A stretch of DNA of 12,700 bases from an uncultured bacterium (GTDB taxonomy: Bacteria; Lernaellota; Lernaellaia; Lernaellales; Lernaellaceae). The DNA lies in NCBI GenBank assembly GCA_964534375.1, contig CAZHPN010000171.1, positions 1-12,700 of the forward strand. The letters are read 5' to 3'. Of this stretch, positions 1 to 7,362 are shown piece after piece; the stretch's first letter is position 1; each line of letters begins with the position of its first letter. The notes beneath the pieces are model-generated. The model did no database searches. It was not told the origin of the DNA and worked only from the letters and a program-made list of their open reading frames with translations. The position numbers and the translations under genes are program-made.

Positions 1-54
1 AGATGCGGACATCTTTAACTGCTTATACTGCGGACATCTTGAGTGTCTGTTACA
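1..54. mobile_element. Probable terminal inverted repeat (one end) of an insertion sequence, IS1202/IS481-like; element body lies left of the window
   Basis: 12-bp direct repeat TGCGGACATCTT at 4-15 and 29-40 (25-bp period), ending in ...TGTTACA at 54 (5'-TGT on the minus strand). The stretch is AT-richer than its flank. TGT termini with repeated internal transposase-binding motifs are typical of these families. Confidence 0.55.
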
Positions 55-72
55 CGCTGGCGCGAGGTGGGG

Positions 73-101
73 TTGTCTTGCCCAGCGAACTATGGTAGTT
101 A
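73..101 (+). promoter_or_regulatory. Possible sigma70-type promoter of rpsB-tsf
   Basis: TTGTCT (73-78), 17-bp spacer, TAGTTA (96-101) preceded by TG at 93-94; imperfect match. Confidence 0.3.
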
Positions 102-129
102 TCCGCGGCTTTTGGGGACTTTCTTTAAC

Positions 130-278
130 GAAGGCCGGCGATGCGACCCAACCGGCCGGTGCCGCGATCAGGCCACGGGCTCCAGCGGGATGGTTATCTC
201 GCCGACGCCGATGCGCTTTGAGACCGCGGTCTCCGGTGGGGATGACCATCGCCGGCGACAACAACCGGAGGAAAATTC
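130..278 (+). promoter_or_regulatory. Structured 5' leader of rpsB (candidate S2 autoregulatory leader)
   Basis: GATGGTTATCTCGCCG (189-204) can pair with CGGTGGGGATGACCATC (234-250) using G-U pairs, enclosing the perfect palindrome GAGACCGCGGTCTC (220-233). GGAGG RBS at 267-271. rpsB leaders are known autoregulatory RNAs. Confidence 0.45.
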
Positions 279-1208
279 ATGCCCGCAATCACCATGAAAA
301 TGATGTTGGAGGCCGGGGCGCACTTCGGCCACCAAACCCGCCGCTGGAACCCGAAAATGAAACCCTACATTTTCGGCGCGCGCAACGGCATCTACATCAT
401 CGACCTGCAAAAGACGGTCGAGTTGTACAAGCGCGCGTACAACGCCGTGGTCAAAGCCACCGCCGAAGGCGGCCGGGCGATGTTCATCGGCACGAAAAAG
501 CAATCGGCGGAAATCATCGCCGAAGAGGCGCGGCGCTGCGGCGGCTGGTTCGTCAACAGCCGGTGGCTCGGCGGCACGATGACCAACTTCGTGACCGTGC
601 GCAAGAGCATTGACCGTTACAAAGGCCTGCTGGATATGAAAGAAAAGGGCAACTGGGGCCCGGTCACCAAGAAAGAGCAGCTCAATCTGCAAAAAGAATT
701 GGTGAAGATGGAAAGGAACCTCGGCGGCGTCAAGGACATGGAAGAACGGCCGGCGATCGTCTTCGTCATCGATCCGCGCAAGGAACACATCGCGGTTCAC
801 GAAGCGAACAAACTCGGCATCCCGGTCGTCGCGATGTGCGACACCAATTGCGATCCGGAACCGATCGACTACGTCATCCCGAGCAACGACGACGCCATCC
901 GCGCGATCAAACTGTTCACCGGCGCGATCGCCGACGCCGTCATCGAAGGCCGGCAGGTATTCGAAGAAAACCTCCGCCAGCGCCGCGGCCGCGAAGAAGC
1001 GGCCCCGCGGCCCAAACCCACGGCCGCGCCGAAACCGGCCGCGGCGGGCGCCGAGGAAAAAGCGGCCGAGCCGCCTGTCGGCGTCGCCGTGGAAGTCAAA
1101 CGCGCCCGGAAACGCCCCGCCGAGGGGTCGCCGCCGGCCGTCGCGGGTGAGGAAGACGCGGACGATCTCGACGCCGAGGAAACTCCGGCGGACGACACCG
1201 ACAAATAA
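279..1208 (+). CDS. rpsB: 30S ribosomal protein S2 (uS2) with a low-complexity Pro/Ala/acidic C-terminal extension
   Basis: Signature motifs [69 protein letters not shown]; followed by tsf. Confidence 0.99.
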   Translation: MPAITMKMMLEAGAHFGHQTRRWNPKMKPYIFGARNGIYIIDLQKTVELYKRAYNAVVKATAEGGRAMFIGTKKQSAEIIAEEARRCGGWFVNSRWLGGTMTNFVTVRKSIDRYKGLLDMKEKGNWGPVTKKEQLNLQKELVKMERNLGGVKDMEERPAIVFVIDPRKEHIAVHEANKLGIPVVAMCDTNCDPEPIDYVIPSNDDAIRAIKLFTGAIADAVIEGRQVFEENLRQRRGREEAAPRPKPTAAPKPAAAGAEEKAAEPPVGVAVEVKRARKRPAEGSPPAVAGEEDADDLDAEETPADDTDK

Positions 1209-1260
1209 GCCGGCGCGCCCCCCTGGCGGGACGCCCCGATGATGCGAGAGGAGTGAGGCG

Positions 1261-2118
1261 ATGGAAATCAACAGCACGATGGTGAAAGACCTGCGCGAGA
1301 AAACCGGCGTCGGCATGATGGACTGCAAGAAGGCCTTGCAAGAATCGGCGGGCGACATGGAAAAGGCCATCGAGTGGCTCCGTAAGAAGGGCATTTCCAA
1401 GTCGGCGAAACGGGCGGACCGGGCCGCGAGCAAGGGCGTGTTTGGCGTCTATTTTGCGCCGGACCACAAACATTTCACCGCTGTGGAACTCAATTGCGAA
1501 ACCGACTTCGTGGCGAAGAACGAAGATTTCGTCAAGATGGCGAACGACCTGGCGGCCCACGTCGCCGCGCACGGCACGACCGACGAGGCCGCGCTGCGCG
1601 CCGAGAAATTCGCGGCCGACGCGAGCAAGACGGTCGGCGATCTGCTGGCGGAAGCCGTCGCCAAGATCGGCGAGGCGATTCGCTTCGGCAAGATCGTCGA
1701 TTGGAAAGCCGCAGGCGGCGAGAATTTCCTCGGCCTCTACGTCCATACCGGCGCCGCGGCGATCGGGCTGACCGAGCTGACCGGCGCGACCGGCGCGGAC
1801 GCGGTCGAACTGGGCAAGAATCTCGGCATGCAGATCGTCGCCTCGAAGCCGGCCTATCTGGCCCCGGCGGACGTTCCGGCCGCCGTCCTCGAAAAGGAAA
1901 AAGAGATTTACCGCGAAGAGGCCAAGGCCGCCGGCAAGCCGGAGAAAATCCTGGACAAAATCGCGGAAGGCAAACTGGCAAAGTTTTATCAGGACAACTG
2001 CCTGCTCAATCAGATTTACGTCAAGGACACCGACGGCTCGATGACCGTCGAGACGCTGGTGAAAAAGGCCGGCGTGAGCGTGCTGCGCTTCGCGCGCTTG
2101 ATGGTCGGCCAAAGCTGA
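1261..2118 (+). CDS. tsf: Translation elongation factor Ts
   Basis: VKDLREKTGVGMMDCKKAL, ELNCETDFVAKN, GKPEKILDKIAEGKLAKFY motifs; GAGGAG RBS; canonical rpsB-tsf order. Confidence 0.99.
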   Translation: MEINSTMVKDLREKTGVGMMDCKKALQESAGDMEKAIEWLRKKGISKSAKRADRAASKGVFGVYFAPDHKHFTAVELNCETDFVAKNEDFVKMANDLAAHVAAHGTTDEAALRAEKFAADASKTVGDLLAEAVAKIGEAIRFGKIVDWKAAGGENFLGLYVHTGAAAIGLTELTGATGADAVELGKNLGMQIVASKPAYLAPADVPAAVLEKEKEIYREEAKAAGKPEKILDKIAEGKLAKFYQDNCLLNQIYVKDTDGSMTVETLVKKAGVSVLRFARLMVGQS

Positions 2119-2144
2119 CCGCCGAATCGGCGTTGCCGATCGAG

Positions 2145-2176
2145 AAGGCGCGACCCACGCGGTCGCGCCTTTTTTT
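2145..2176 (+). terminator. Rho-independent terminator of rpsB-tsf
   Basis: AAGGCGCGACC-cacgc-GGTCGCGCCTT perfect 11-bp stem running into a T7 tract. Confidence 0.9.
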
Positions 2177-2201
2177 GCGCCTGGGAAAATCCGACGCGAA
2201 C

Positions 2202-2230
2202 TTCTCAACATCCCGCCGAACGTGTATACT
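2202..2230 (+). promoter_or_regulatory. Candidate sigma70 promoter of the kinase-regulator operon
   Basis: TTCTCA (2202-2207), 17 bp, TATACT (2225-2230), located between the terminator and the kinase start. Confidence 0.45.
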
Positions 2231-2293
2231 GCCTGGAAGATAGGCATCTGATTCGAGGGCGCGACGACGGGGCTCCCACATATTGGGGACCGA

Positions 2294-4462
2294 GTGATCG
2301 AGAATGCCGCGTCGTCGCCGTTCGAGTCGCGCAGCGTCAACCGAACCGACTTTGTGAAACGCACCATGAGTTCTCAGTTTCGGGCGACGGATGAAATCGC
2401 TTTGGAAAACGAGTCGCTGCGCGGCCGCGTCGCCGAACTGACGGCGCGTCTGGCGGCGCTGGCGCATCTCGACCGGGATTTCGCGGCCGAGCGCGCGTTT
2501 CTGCAAAACATCATCGTTTTGAATCCCTACGCGATTCAGATCCTCGATCGCGACGGCCGGCACGTAATGGCGAACGACGCCTTTCGCGGGCTGTTCGGCG
2601 GCGAGCCGCCGGCCGGTTGGTCGGTGTTGGAGGACGCGCAGATCAACGCGCTGACCGGGCCCGGCGAAGTCCAGAAACTCCGCGACGGAAAGATCCTGCG
2701 GATGTGCGTCGAATCGCCGTTCAACCCGAGCAAATCGTTGCCCAACGACGCCGTCCGGGCGCCCGATCGCACGGTCTGGATCAAGACCGTCGCCTTCCCG
2801 GTGTTCGATGCGCACGGCGAGATCACGCGCTTCGTCGTCATGCACGAAAACATCACCGACCGCAAGCGCGCGGAGCAGTCGCTACGCTCCGCCGAGGGTC
2901 GCTTTCGCTCGCTGATCGAAAAGTCGACCGACCTGATCGCCATCGTGGACGCCGACGGCGCCGCGGTCTACGTAAGCGGGTCGATCGAACCGGTCTTAGG
3001 TTGGACGCCCGAGGAATTGCTCGGCAAGCCGATCATGTCGTTGGTGCACCCCGAAGACCGCGCCCTGGTGAGGGACGGCATGGTCCGTTGCCTGGCGGCG
3101 GTGTCCGGCGAACCGGTTTTCGCCGCGCCGCGCATGCGCCACAAGAACGGCGCCTTCCGGCGCCTGGAGTGCACGGGCCGCAATTTGATCCGCGACGCCA
3201 CCGTCGGCGGTGTGGTGCTCAACGCCCGCGACGTAACGGAGCGGGAAACAGCGCAGGCCCGGCAACAGGCGGTCGAGGCCAAACTTCGTCAGGCGGAGCG
3301 GCTGGATGCTCTCGGCGCCCTTGCCGGCGGCATCGCCCACGATTTCAACACGGTGCTGGCGATCATTCACGGGTTCGCGGAAGAGACGTTGGCCGACGTC
3401 GCGGCGGACTCCGGCGTCGCCCGGAACCAGGAGCAGATCCTGACCGCCGTCAAGCGCGCCCGCGGGCTGGTCGAGCAAATTTTGACTTTCAGCCGCGCGG
3501 AGGCGGGGACGGTCAAACGGCCGGTGGCGATGAACCGCATCGTTCACGAAACGCTGAATATGCTGGCGGGGTGCATCCCGCGCTCGATCAAGATCGTGCG
3601 CCGCCTCGATCCGGCCGCCGGGCACGTCGTGGCCGACCCCAGCGAAATCCAGCAAATCGTGATCAACCTCTGCACCAACGCCCATTTCGCCATGGAGCAG
3701 ACCGGCGGCACGTTGACCGTTTCCGTGGCGCCCGTGCAACTCGCGGCCGGCCAACGCCTCGACGCGCCGCTTGCGCTGGCGGCGGGGTTCTACTGCCGCC
3801 TGACGGTCAGCGACACTGGCAGCGGCATGGACTCGGCGACGATCGCCCGCATCTTCGAGCCATTTTTCACAACCAAGCCGGTCGGCCAAGGCACGGGCAT
3901 GGGCCTGGCGGTCGTTCACGGCATCGTCAAGAGCCACGGCGGCGACATCCTCGTCGAGAGCGGGCCCGGGGAAGGCTCAGCGTTTCACGTTTTTCTGCCG
4001 CAGACTGAAGAAGTGGAGCGCGACGAAATCGAAGAACCCGGCGGCCTGCCGCTCGGCTCGGAACGAATCCTGCTCGTCGACGACCAACTGCAGATGGTCG
4101 CTGTTTACAAAGCCATGCTCGAACGGTTGGGATACCAAGTCACGTGTTTCACGAGCAGCGTGCGGGCGCTGAATGCGTTTCTGAAGAACCTGACCGCCTT
4201 CGATCTCGTGGTGACCGATCAGGTCATGCCGAAATTGACCGGGTTGGCGCTGGCCCGGCGCATCCGCGAACGGCACGCGGACCTGCCGATTCTGCTGACC
4301 AGCGCGCACGAGAAGAAACACATTCTCGACGAAATCGACCGGATCTCGCACGTCCGTTTTTTGCGCAAGCCGTTTTCCAAGCAGGTGTTGGCGACAACGG
4401 TTCGCAAAATGCTCGACCGGCCGGCCGCGCCCGCCGCGGCGCCGCCCCAGGGAAGTGACTAA
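2294..4462 (+). CDS. Cytoplasmic hybrid sensor histidine kinase (coiled coil-PAS-PAS-HisKA-HATPase_c-REC), CckA-like architecture
   Basis: H box LAGGIAHDFN, N box INLCTNA, G1 DTGSGM, F box FEPFFTTK, G2 GTGMGL; receiver ILLVDD...VVTDQVMP...LRKP; PAS motifs (LGWTPEELLG, VHPED). No transmembrane helix evident. Start may be GTG 2294 or ATG 2366. Confidence 0.95.
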   Translation: MIENAASSPFESRSVNRTDFVKRTMSSQFRATDEIALENESLRGRVAELTARLAALAHLDRDFAAERAFLQNIIVLNPYAIQILDRDGRHVMANDAFRGLFGGEPPAGWSVLEDAQINALTGPGEVQKLRDGKILRMCVESPFNPSKSLPNDAVRAPDRTVWIKTVAFPVFDAHGEITRFVVMHENITDRKRAEQSLRSAEGRFRSLIEKSTDLIAIVDADGAAVYVSGSIEPVLGWTPEELLGKPIMSLVHPEDRALVRDGMVRCLAAVSGEPVFAAPRMRHKNGAFRRLECTGRNLIRDATVGGVVLNARDVTERETAQARQQAVEAKLRQAERLDALGALAGGIAHDFNTVLAIIHGFAEETLADVAADSGVARNQEQILTAVKRARGLVEQILTFSRAEAGTVKRPVAMNRIVHETLNMLAGCIPRSIKIVRRLDPAAGHVVADPSEIQQIVINLCTNAHFAMEQTGGTLTVSVAPVQLAAGQRLDAPLALAAGFYCRLTVSDTGSGMDSATIARIFEPFFTTKPVGQGTGMGLAVVHGIVKSHGGDILVESGPGEGSAFHVFLPQTEEVERDEIEEPGGLPLGSERILLVDDQLQMVAVYKAMLERLGYQVTCFTSSVRALNAFLKNLTAFDLVVTDQVMPKLTGLALARRIRERHADLPILLTSAHEKKHILDEIDRISHVRFLRKPFSKQVLATTVRKMLDRPAAPAAAPPQGSD

Positions 4463-4842
4463 TGGCCGCGATCCTCGTCATCGACGACGACGAACAGACG
4501 GCCGCACTGCTGCGCCAGATGCTGGAGCGCGCCGGCTATGAGGTGCTCTCGGCCAACAACGGCGCCGAAGCGGTCAAGCTGCTCGAGCGGCATGACGTGA
4601 AGGTCATCGTCACCGACATCCTGATGCCCGGCATGGATGGCATGGAGTTGATCCTAAAATTGAAATTCGAGAAAAAGGCGCCGATCATCGTCGCGGTGTC
4701 GGGCGGCGGCAAGTACTACGGCGCCGGCGAGTGCCTTACTTGGGCCAGGAATCTCGGCATCCAACACACCTTCGCGAAGCCCATTCCGCGAACGGCGTTC
4801 CTGAACAAGATCCGCGAACTGATGACCGATCGTTCCGCATGA
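4462..4842 (+). CDS. Single-domain response regulator (CheY-like receiver)
   Basis: ILVIDDD, IVTDILMPGMDG, AVSGG, FAKP motifs; TAATG stop/start overlap with the kinase. Confidence 0.95.
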   Translation: MAAILVIDDDEQTAALLRQMLERAGYEVLSANNGAEAVKLLERHDVKVIVTDILMPGMDGMELILKLKFEKKAPIIVAVSGGGKYYGAGECLTWARNLGIQHTFAKPIPRTAFLNKIRELMTDRSA

Positions 4843-4922
4843 CCTGTTGCACTCGGCCGCGGAGCCAAATTGGCTTTGTTTCGTAATTTTTCGTAAACGC
4901 CCACCGCTAATTCGCTCCGAAA

Positions 4923-4938
4923 TGTTTCACGTGAAACA
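4923..4938. promoter_or_regulatory. parS: parS centromere-like site (perfect)
   Basis: TGTTTCACGTGAAACA, an exact match to the widespread bacterial parS palindrome. Confidence 0.92.
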
Positions 4939-5038
4939 CATTTTGCGGCTTTTATCCGCGTTTATTGGAAGTTTACCTTGGTCCTCTGCGCGATTTTCGC
5001 GACTCCGTCTCACTTATTCGATCAAAATAACCTCGAAG

Positions 5039-5100
5039 GCGCCCGATTACGCATTTGTTTGGTTGTTTATCCGCGAATGCGCCCGACTACGCATTTGTTT
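5039..5100. repeat. 22-bp direct repeat pair between the two parS sites
   Basis: GCGCCCGATTACGCATTTGTTT (5039-5060) and GCGCCCGACTACGCATTTGTTT (5079-5100): 1 mismatch, 40-bp period. Confidence 0.85.
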
Positions 5101-5131
5101 AGCCGCGAATACACATAAGCGAGACCGCGAA

Positions 5132-5147
5132 TGTTTCACGTGAAACC
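5132..5147. promoter_or_regulatory. parS: parS site (1 mismatch)
   Basis: TGTTTCACGTGAAACC, 15/16 match, 209 bp from the first site. Confidence 0.85.
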
Positions 5148-5198
5148 GCGTAAATTAGCGATATTCGTGGTTTATCATCATTTGCTTATTTGTATAAC

Positions 5199-5270
5199 CG
5201 CGAATGCACGCGAATGCACGCGAATAGGAACGGATATGCGAGCTCATGCTCTTATTCACGCGCATTCGCG
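5199..5270. repeat. REP-like element: tandem 10-bp units followed by an inverted copy
   Basis: CGCGAATGCA x2 plus CGCGAAT (5199-5225), and inverted arm ATTCACGCGCATTCGCG (5254-5270, 2 mismatches). Confidence 0.7.
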
Positions 5271-5765
5271 ATTTGCTGCCATCCTCTGCGGGAACTCCGC
5301 GTCGGAGCCTGCCAAGACGGCAAGGTCCCGAAGCCGAAACCCTCGACATATTTCTCCGCCAGGATCGGCCCGTTCGCCACGAAATAACCGGTTCGCCTCG
5401 TCAACCGATAGCCAGCTTCCGCGGCGTCGTTCGTGTCGTTGGGAAAACCGGCCCCCTCGCTGATGCCGCAGGAACGGAGAGGCTGGCGCGCTTTTCTTCG
5501 CGCTCTTCGCGTCTTTGCGGTGAGAATACCAGAATCACATCCCGGTGGACGCAACGCGGCCGCCGGCGGCAGCCAATGATTTGTGGCGCGGTGCAAAGAA
5601 TTTCGCGGTGGGTATAGTACAGTTCCCCGTATCGGCGTACGGCTCGTCGACCGCGCGCCCCATCTGGTCTGACTCCAGGCGGAGGTGCTCAGGGACGCCC
5701 AACAGACATTAACTTTTGCGCAAACGACGTTCACGCAAGAAAAATCGCCAGCTAACTCTTTTATT

Positions 5766-5911
5766 GCTTGACTTTGTGAAATTTGCGTAGCACTCTTCGG
5801 GACGTGTTGGAAGCTCCGGACTCGGGGCACGGTTACTCTTCATAAAAATAATAAGAGAAAAATAGTTGGTGTCGGTGCCGGGATACGTTTGCGTGGCGAA
5901 AGGAGGGTGCC
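5766..5911 (+). promoter_or_regulatory. Upstream promoter/leader segment of lipoprotein copy 1 (duplicated at 7217-7362)
   Basis: TTGACT at 5768 is exactly 144 bp before the ATG, as in copy 2. Weak -10 (CACTCT) at 17 bp; CTCTT-N12-AAGAG inverted repeat at 5836-5857; AAAGGAGG RBS. Confidence 0.65.
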
Positions 5912-7174
5912 ATGAGAAACGGGTTCTTGGGTGCGCTGGGCTTGTTGATGGCGATGGCCATCGCTTTTTTGGGCGCGTGCGCCCCGTCGAGCAGCAGCGG
6001 CGGAAATCATCCGGCCGACGACGACGCGTCGCCGGCGGATGACGACGCCTCGCCGACGGACGACGACGATAACGACACGACGCCGCCCGCAGACGATGAC
6101 GGCTCGCCAGATGATGACGACAATGACGACACATCGCCGGCCGACGACGACGACAACGACGACAACGACGATAACGACAACGACGACACGACGCCGCCGA
6201 CCGACGACGACAACGACGACGACAGCGCAACGGATGTCTTTGCGGTCGGCGACAATGGAACTATTTTGCACTACGATGGGACAACTTGGTCGCCCATGGC
6301 GAGCGGAACGACCCTTCCGTTACAATGTGTTTGGGGTTCCTCCGGAAGCGATGTCTATGCAGTCGGGGTCGGGACGATAATATATTTTGACGGTTCGGCG
6401 TGGTCGAACGTGCCAAACGTCCCCGAAGCAGGGAACGTGAATTTCGATGGAGTCTGGGGCACTTCGCCATCCGACGTGCTTGCCGTAGGCGGCGACCAAT
6501 CGTCAGGCAGGGCCGTCATCATGCATTACAATGGGACGATGTGGTCGGTTCAGTGGACCGCCGGAGCCTCCCTGGGGCTGTCTCAGTTGAGGGGCGTCTG
6601 GGGAAGCGCCGACTCGGGCGTTTTTGCGGTGGGCGAGTGGTCCCTGGATAATTACCCCCCTTCCCCGCCGGTCACTGGCGGATTTGTTGTCGACAAAGAC
6701 GGCGCTTCCTGGACTACGTCGGCCAACTCGGACATGTTTGGTCCGTTTCTAGCCGTCTGGGGAACCTCCCATTCCGACGTCTTCGCCGTGGGCTGGATTC
6801 CCAATGAAACCGGGAATCCGGGCGGCAATCAAATCGTTCATTACGACGGCGTCTCCTGGTCGGATATGGCCGTGCCGACGCAGGACGTCGCTGCTGTCTA
6901 CGGCATCTGGGGCACATCTTCCTCCGATGTATTTGCAATCGGCCAATATTACAAACTCGCGTTCATTGACCATTACGATGGCTCATCGTGGTCCCAATTG
7001 ATCACGTCGCCTTTTCAATTTCTCGGACTTTGGGGCGGATTCGCGGCGGACGTATTTGTTGTCGGGTGCGACGGCAACGCGGGCCTCATTGTTCACTACG
7101 ACGGTTCGGCGTGGATCACCATGCTTGCCGGGCTGCCAAATCCATTGTGGAGTGTTTGGGGCGTCGCGAAATAA
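5912..7174 (+). CDS. Lipoprotein copy 1: signal peptide II, Asp-rich linker, 7-repeat beta-propeller-like domain
   Basis: Strong RBS; hydrophobic N-terminus with lipobox LGAC (Cys23); poly-Asp/Pro/Thr linker; seven [VIL]WG motifs with recurring WGxSxSDVFAVG...HYDGxxW units. Confidence 0.92.
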   Translation: MRNGFLGALGLLMAMAIAFLGACAPSSSSGGNHPADDDASPADDDASPTDDDDNDTTPPADDDGSPDDDDNDDTSPADDDDNDDNDDNDNDDTTPPTDDDNDDDSATDVFAVGDNGTILHYDGTTWSPMASGTTLPLQCVWGSSGSDVYAVGVGTIIYFDGSAWSNVPNVPEAGNVNFDGVWGTSPSDVLAVGGDQSSGRAVIMHYNGTMWSVQWTAGASLGLSQLRGVWGSADSGVFAVGEWSLDNYPPSPPVTGGFVVDKDGASWTTSANSDMFGPFLAVWGTSHSDVFAVGWIPNETGNPGGNQIVHYDGVSWSDMAVPTQDVAAVYGIWGTSSSDVFAIGQYYKLAFIDHYDGSSWSQLITSPFQFLGLWGGFAADVFVVGCDGNAGLIVHYDGSAWITMLAGLPNPLWSVWGVAK

Positions 7175-7177
7175 TGA

Positions 7178-7219
7178 GTGCAGCCAAACATAGGCGCCAG
7201 CCACTTTTGCGGCGCGGCT
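7178..7219 (+). repeat. Junction motif copy A
   Basis: GTGCAGCCAAACATAGGCGCCAGCCACTTTTGCGGCGCGGCT, 3 bp after the copy 1 stop and directly abutting the duplicated promoter segment. Confidence 0.9.
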
Positions 7220-7362
7220 TGACTTTACGAAATTTGCGTCGCACTCTTCGGGACGTGTTGGAAGCTCCGGACTCGGGGCACGGTTACTCTTCAGAAAAAT
7301 AATAAGAGAAAAATAGTTGGTACGGGCGCTGGGATACGTTTGCGTGGCGAAAGGAGGGCGCC
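7217..7362 (+). promoter_or_regulatory. Upstream promoter/leader segment of lipoprotein copy 2
   Basis: Same length as, and near-identical to, 5766-5911; TTGACT at 7219; AAAGGAGG RBS. Confidence 0.65.

Noticed and set aside
970..1208. uS2 C-terminal extension as a novel domain
   Set aside because: Low-complexity Ala/Pro/Glu tails on S2 are common in many bacterial lineages.
168..4008. Long antisense and alternate-frame ORFs over rpsB, tsf and the kinase
   Set aside because: Shadow ORFs expected from high-GC codon bias; they overlap confidently identified genes.
4950..5260. oriC with DnaA boxes
   Set aside because: Only 1-2 mismatch look-alikes (TTATCCGCG, TTTGTATAA); no perfect TTATCCACA, no clear unwinding element and no dnaA nearby.
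4847..5463. ORFs 4847-5143 and 5131-5463 containing MFHVKH/MFHVKP
   Set aside because: These peptides are the translation of the parS palindrome; there is no RBS or protein-like composition.
5835..5862. dif/Xer-like site in the lipoprotein leader
   Set aside because: An 11-6-11 layout can be drawn, but the right arm (TAAGAGAAAAA) matches the XerD consensus TTATGTTAAAT poorly.
5805..5880. c-di-GMP-II riboswitch resemblance (GGAAGC, GGGCAC, TAGTTGGTG)
   Set aside because: The 3' conserved element is missing, and this part differs between copies 1 and 2.
5965..5970. Poly-T phase-variation tract in the signal peptide
   Set aside because: Only 6 T and identical in both full copies; too short to support slippage switching.
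7175..7262. Integron attC site after lipoprotein copy 1
   Set aside because: GCCAAAC deviates from RYYYAAC, there is no complementary GTTRRRY forming an extended hairpin, and no integron integrase is in the window.
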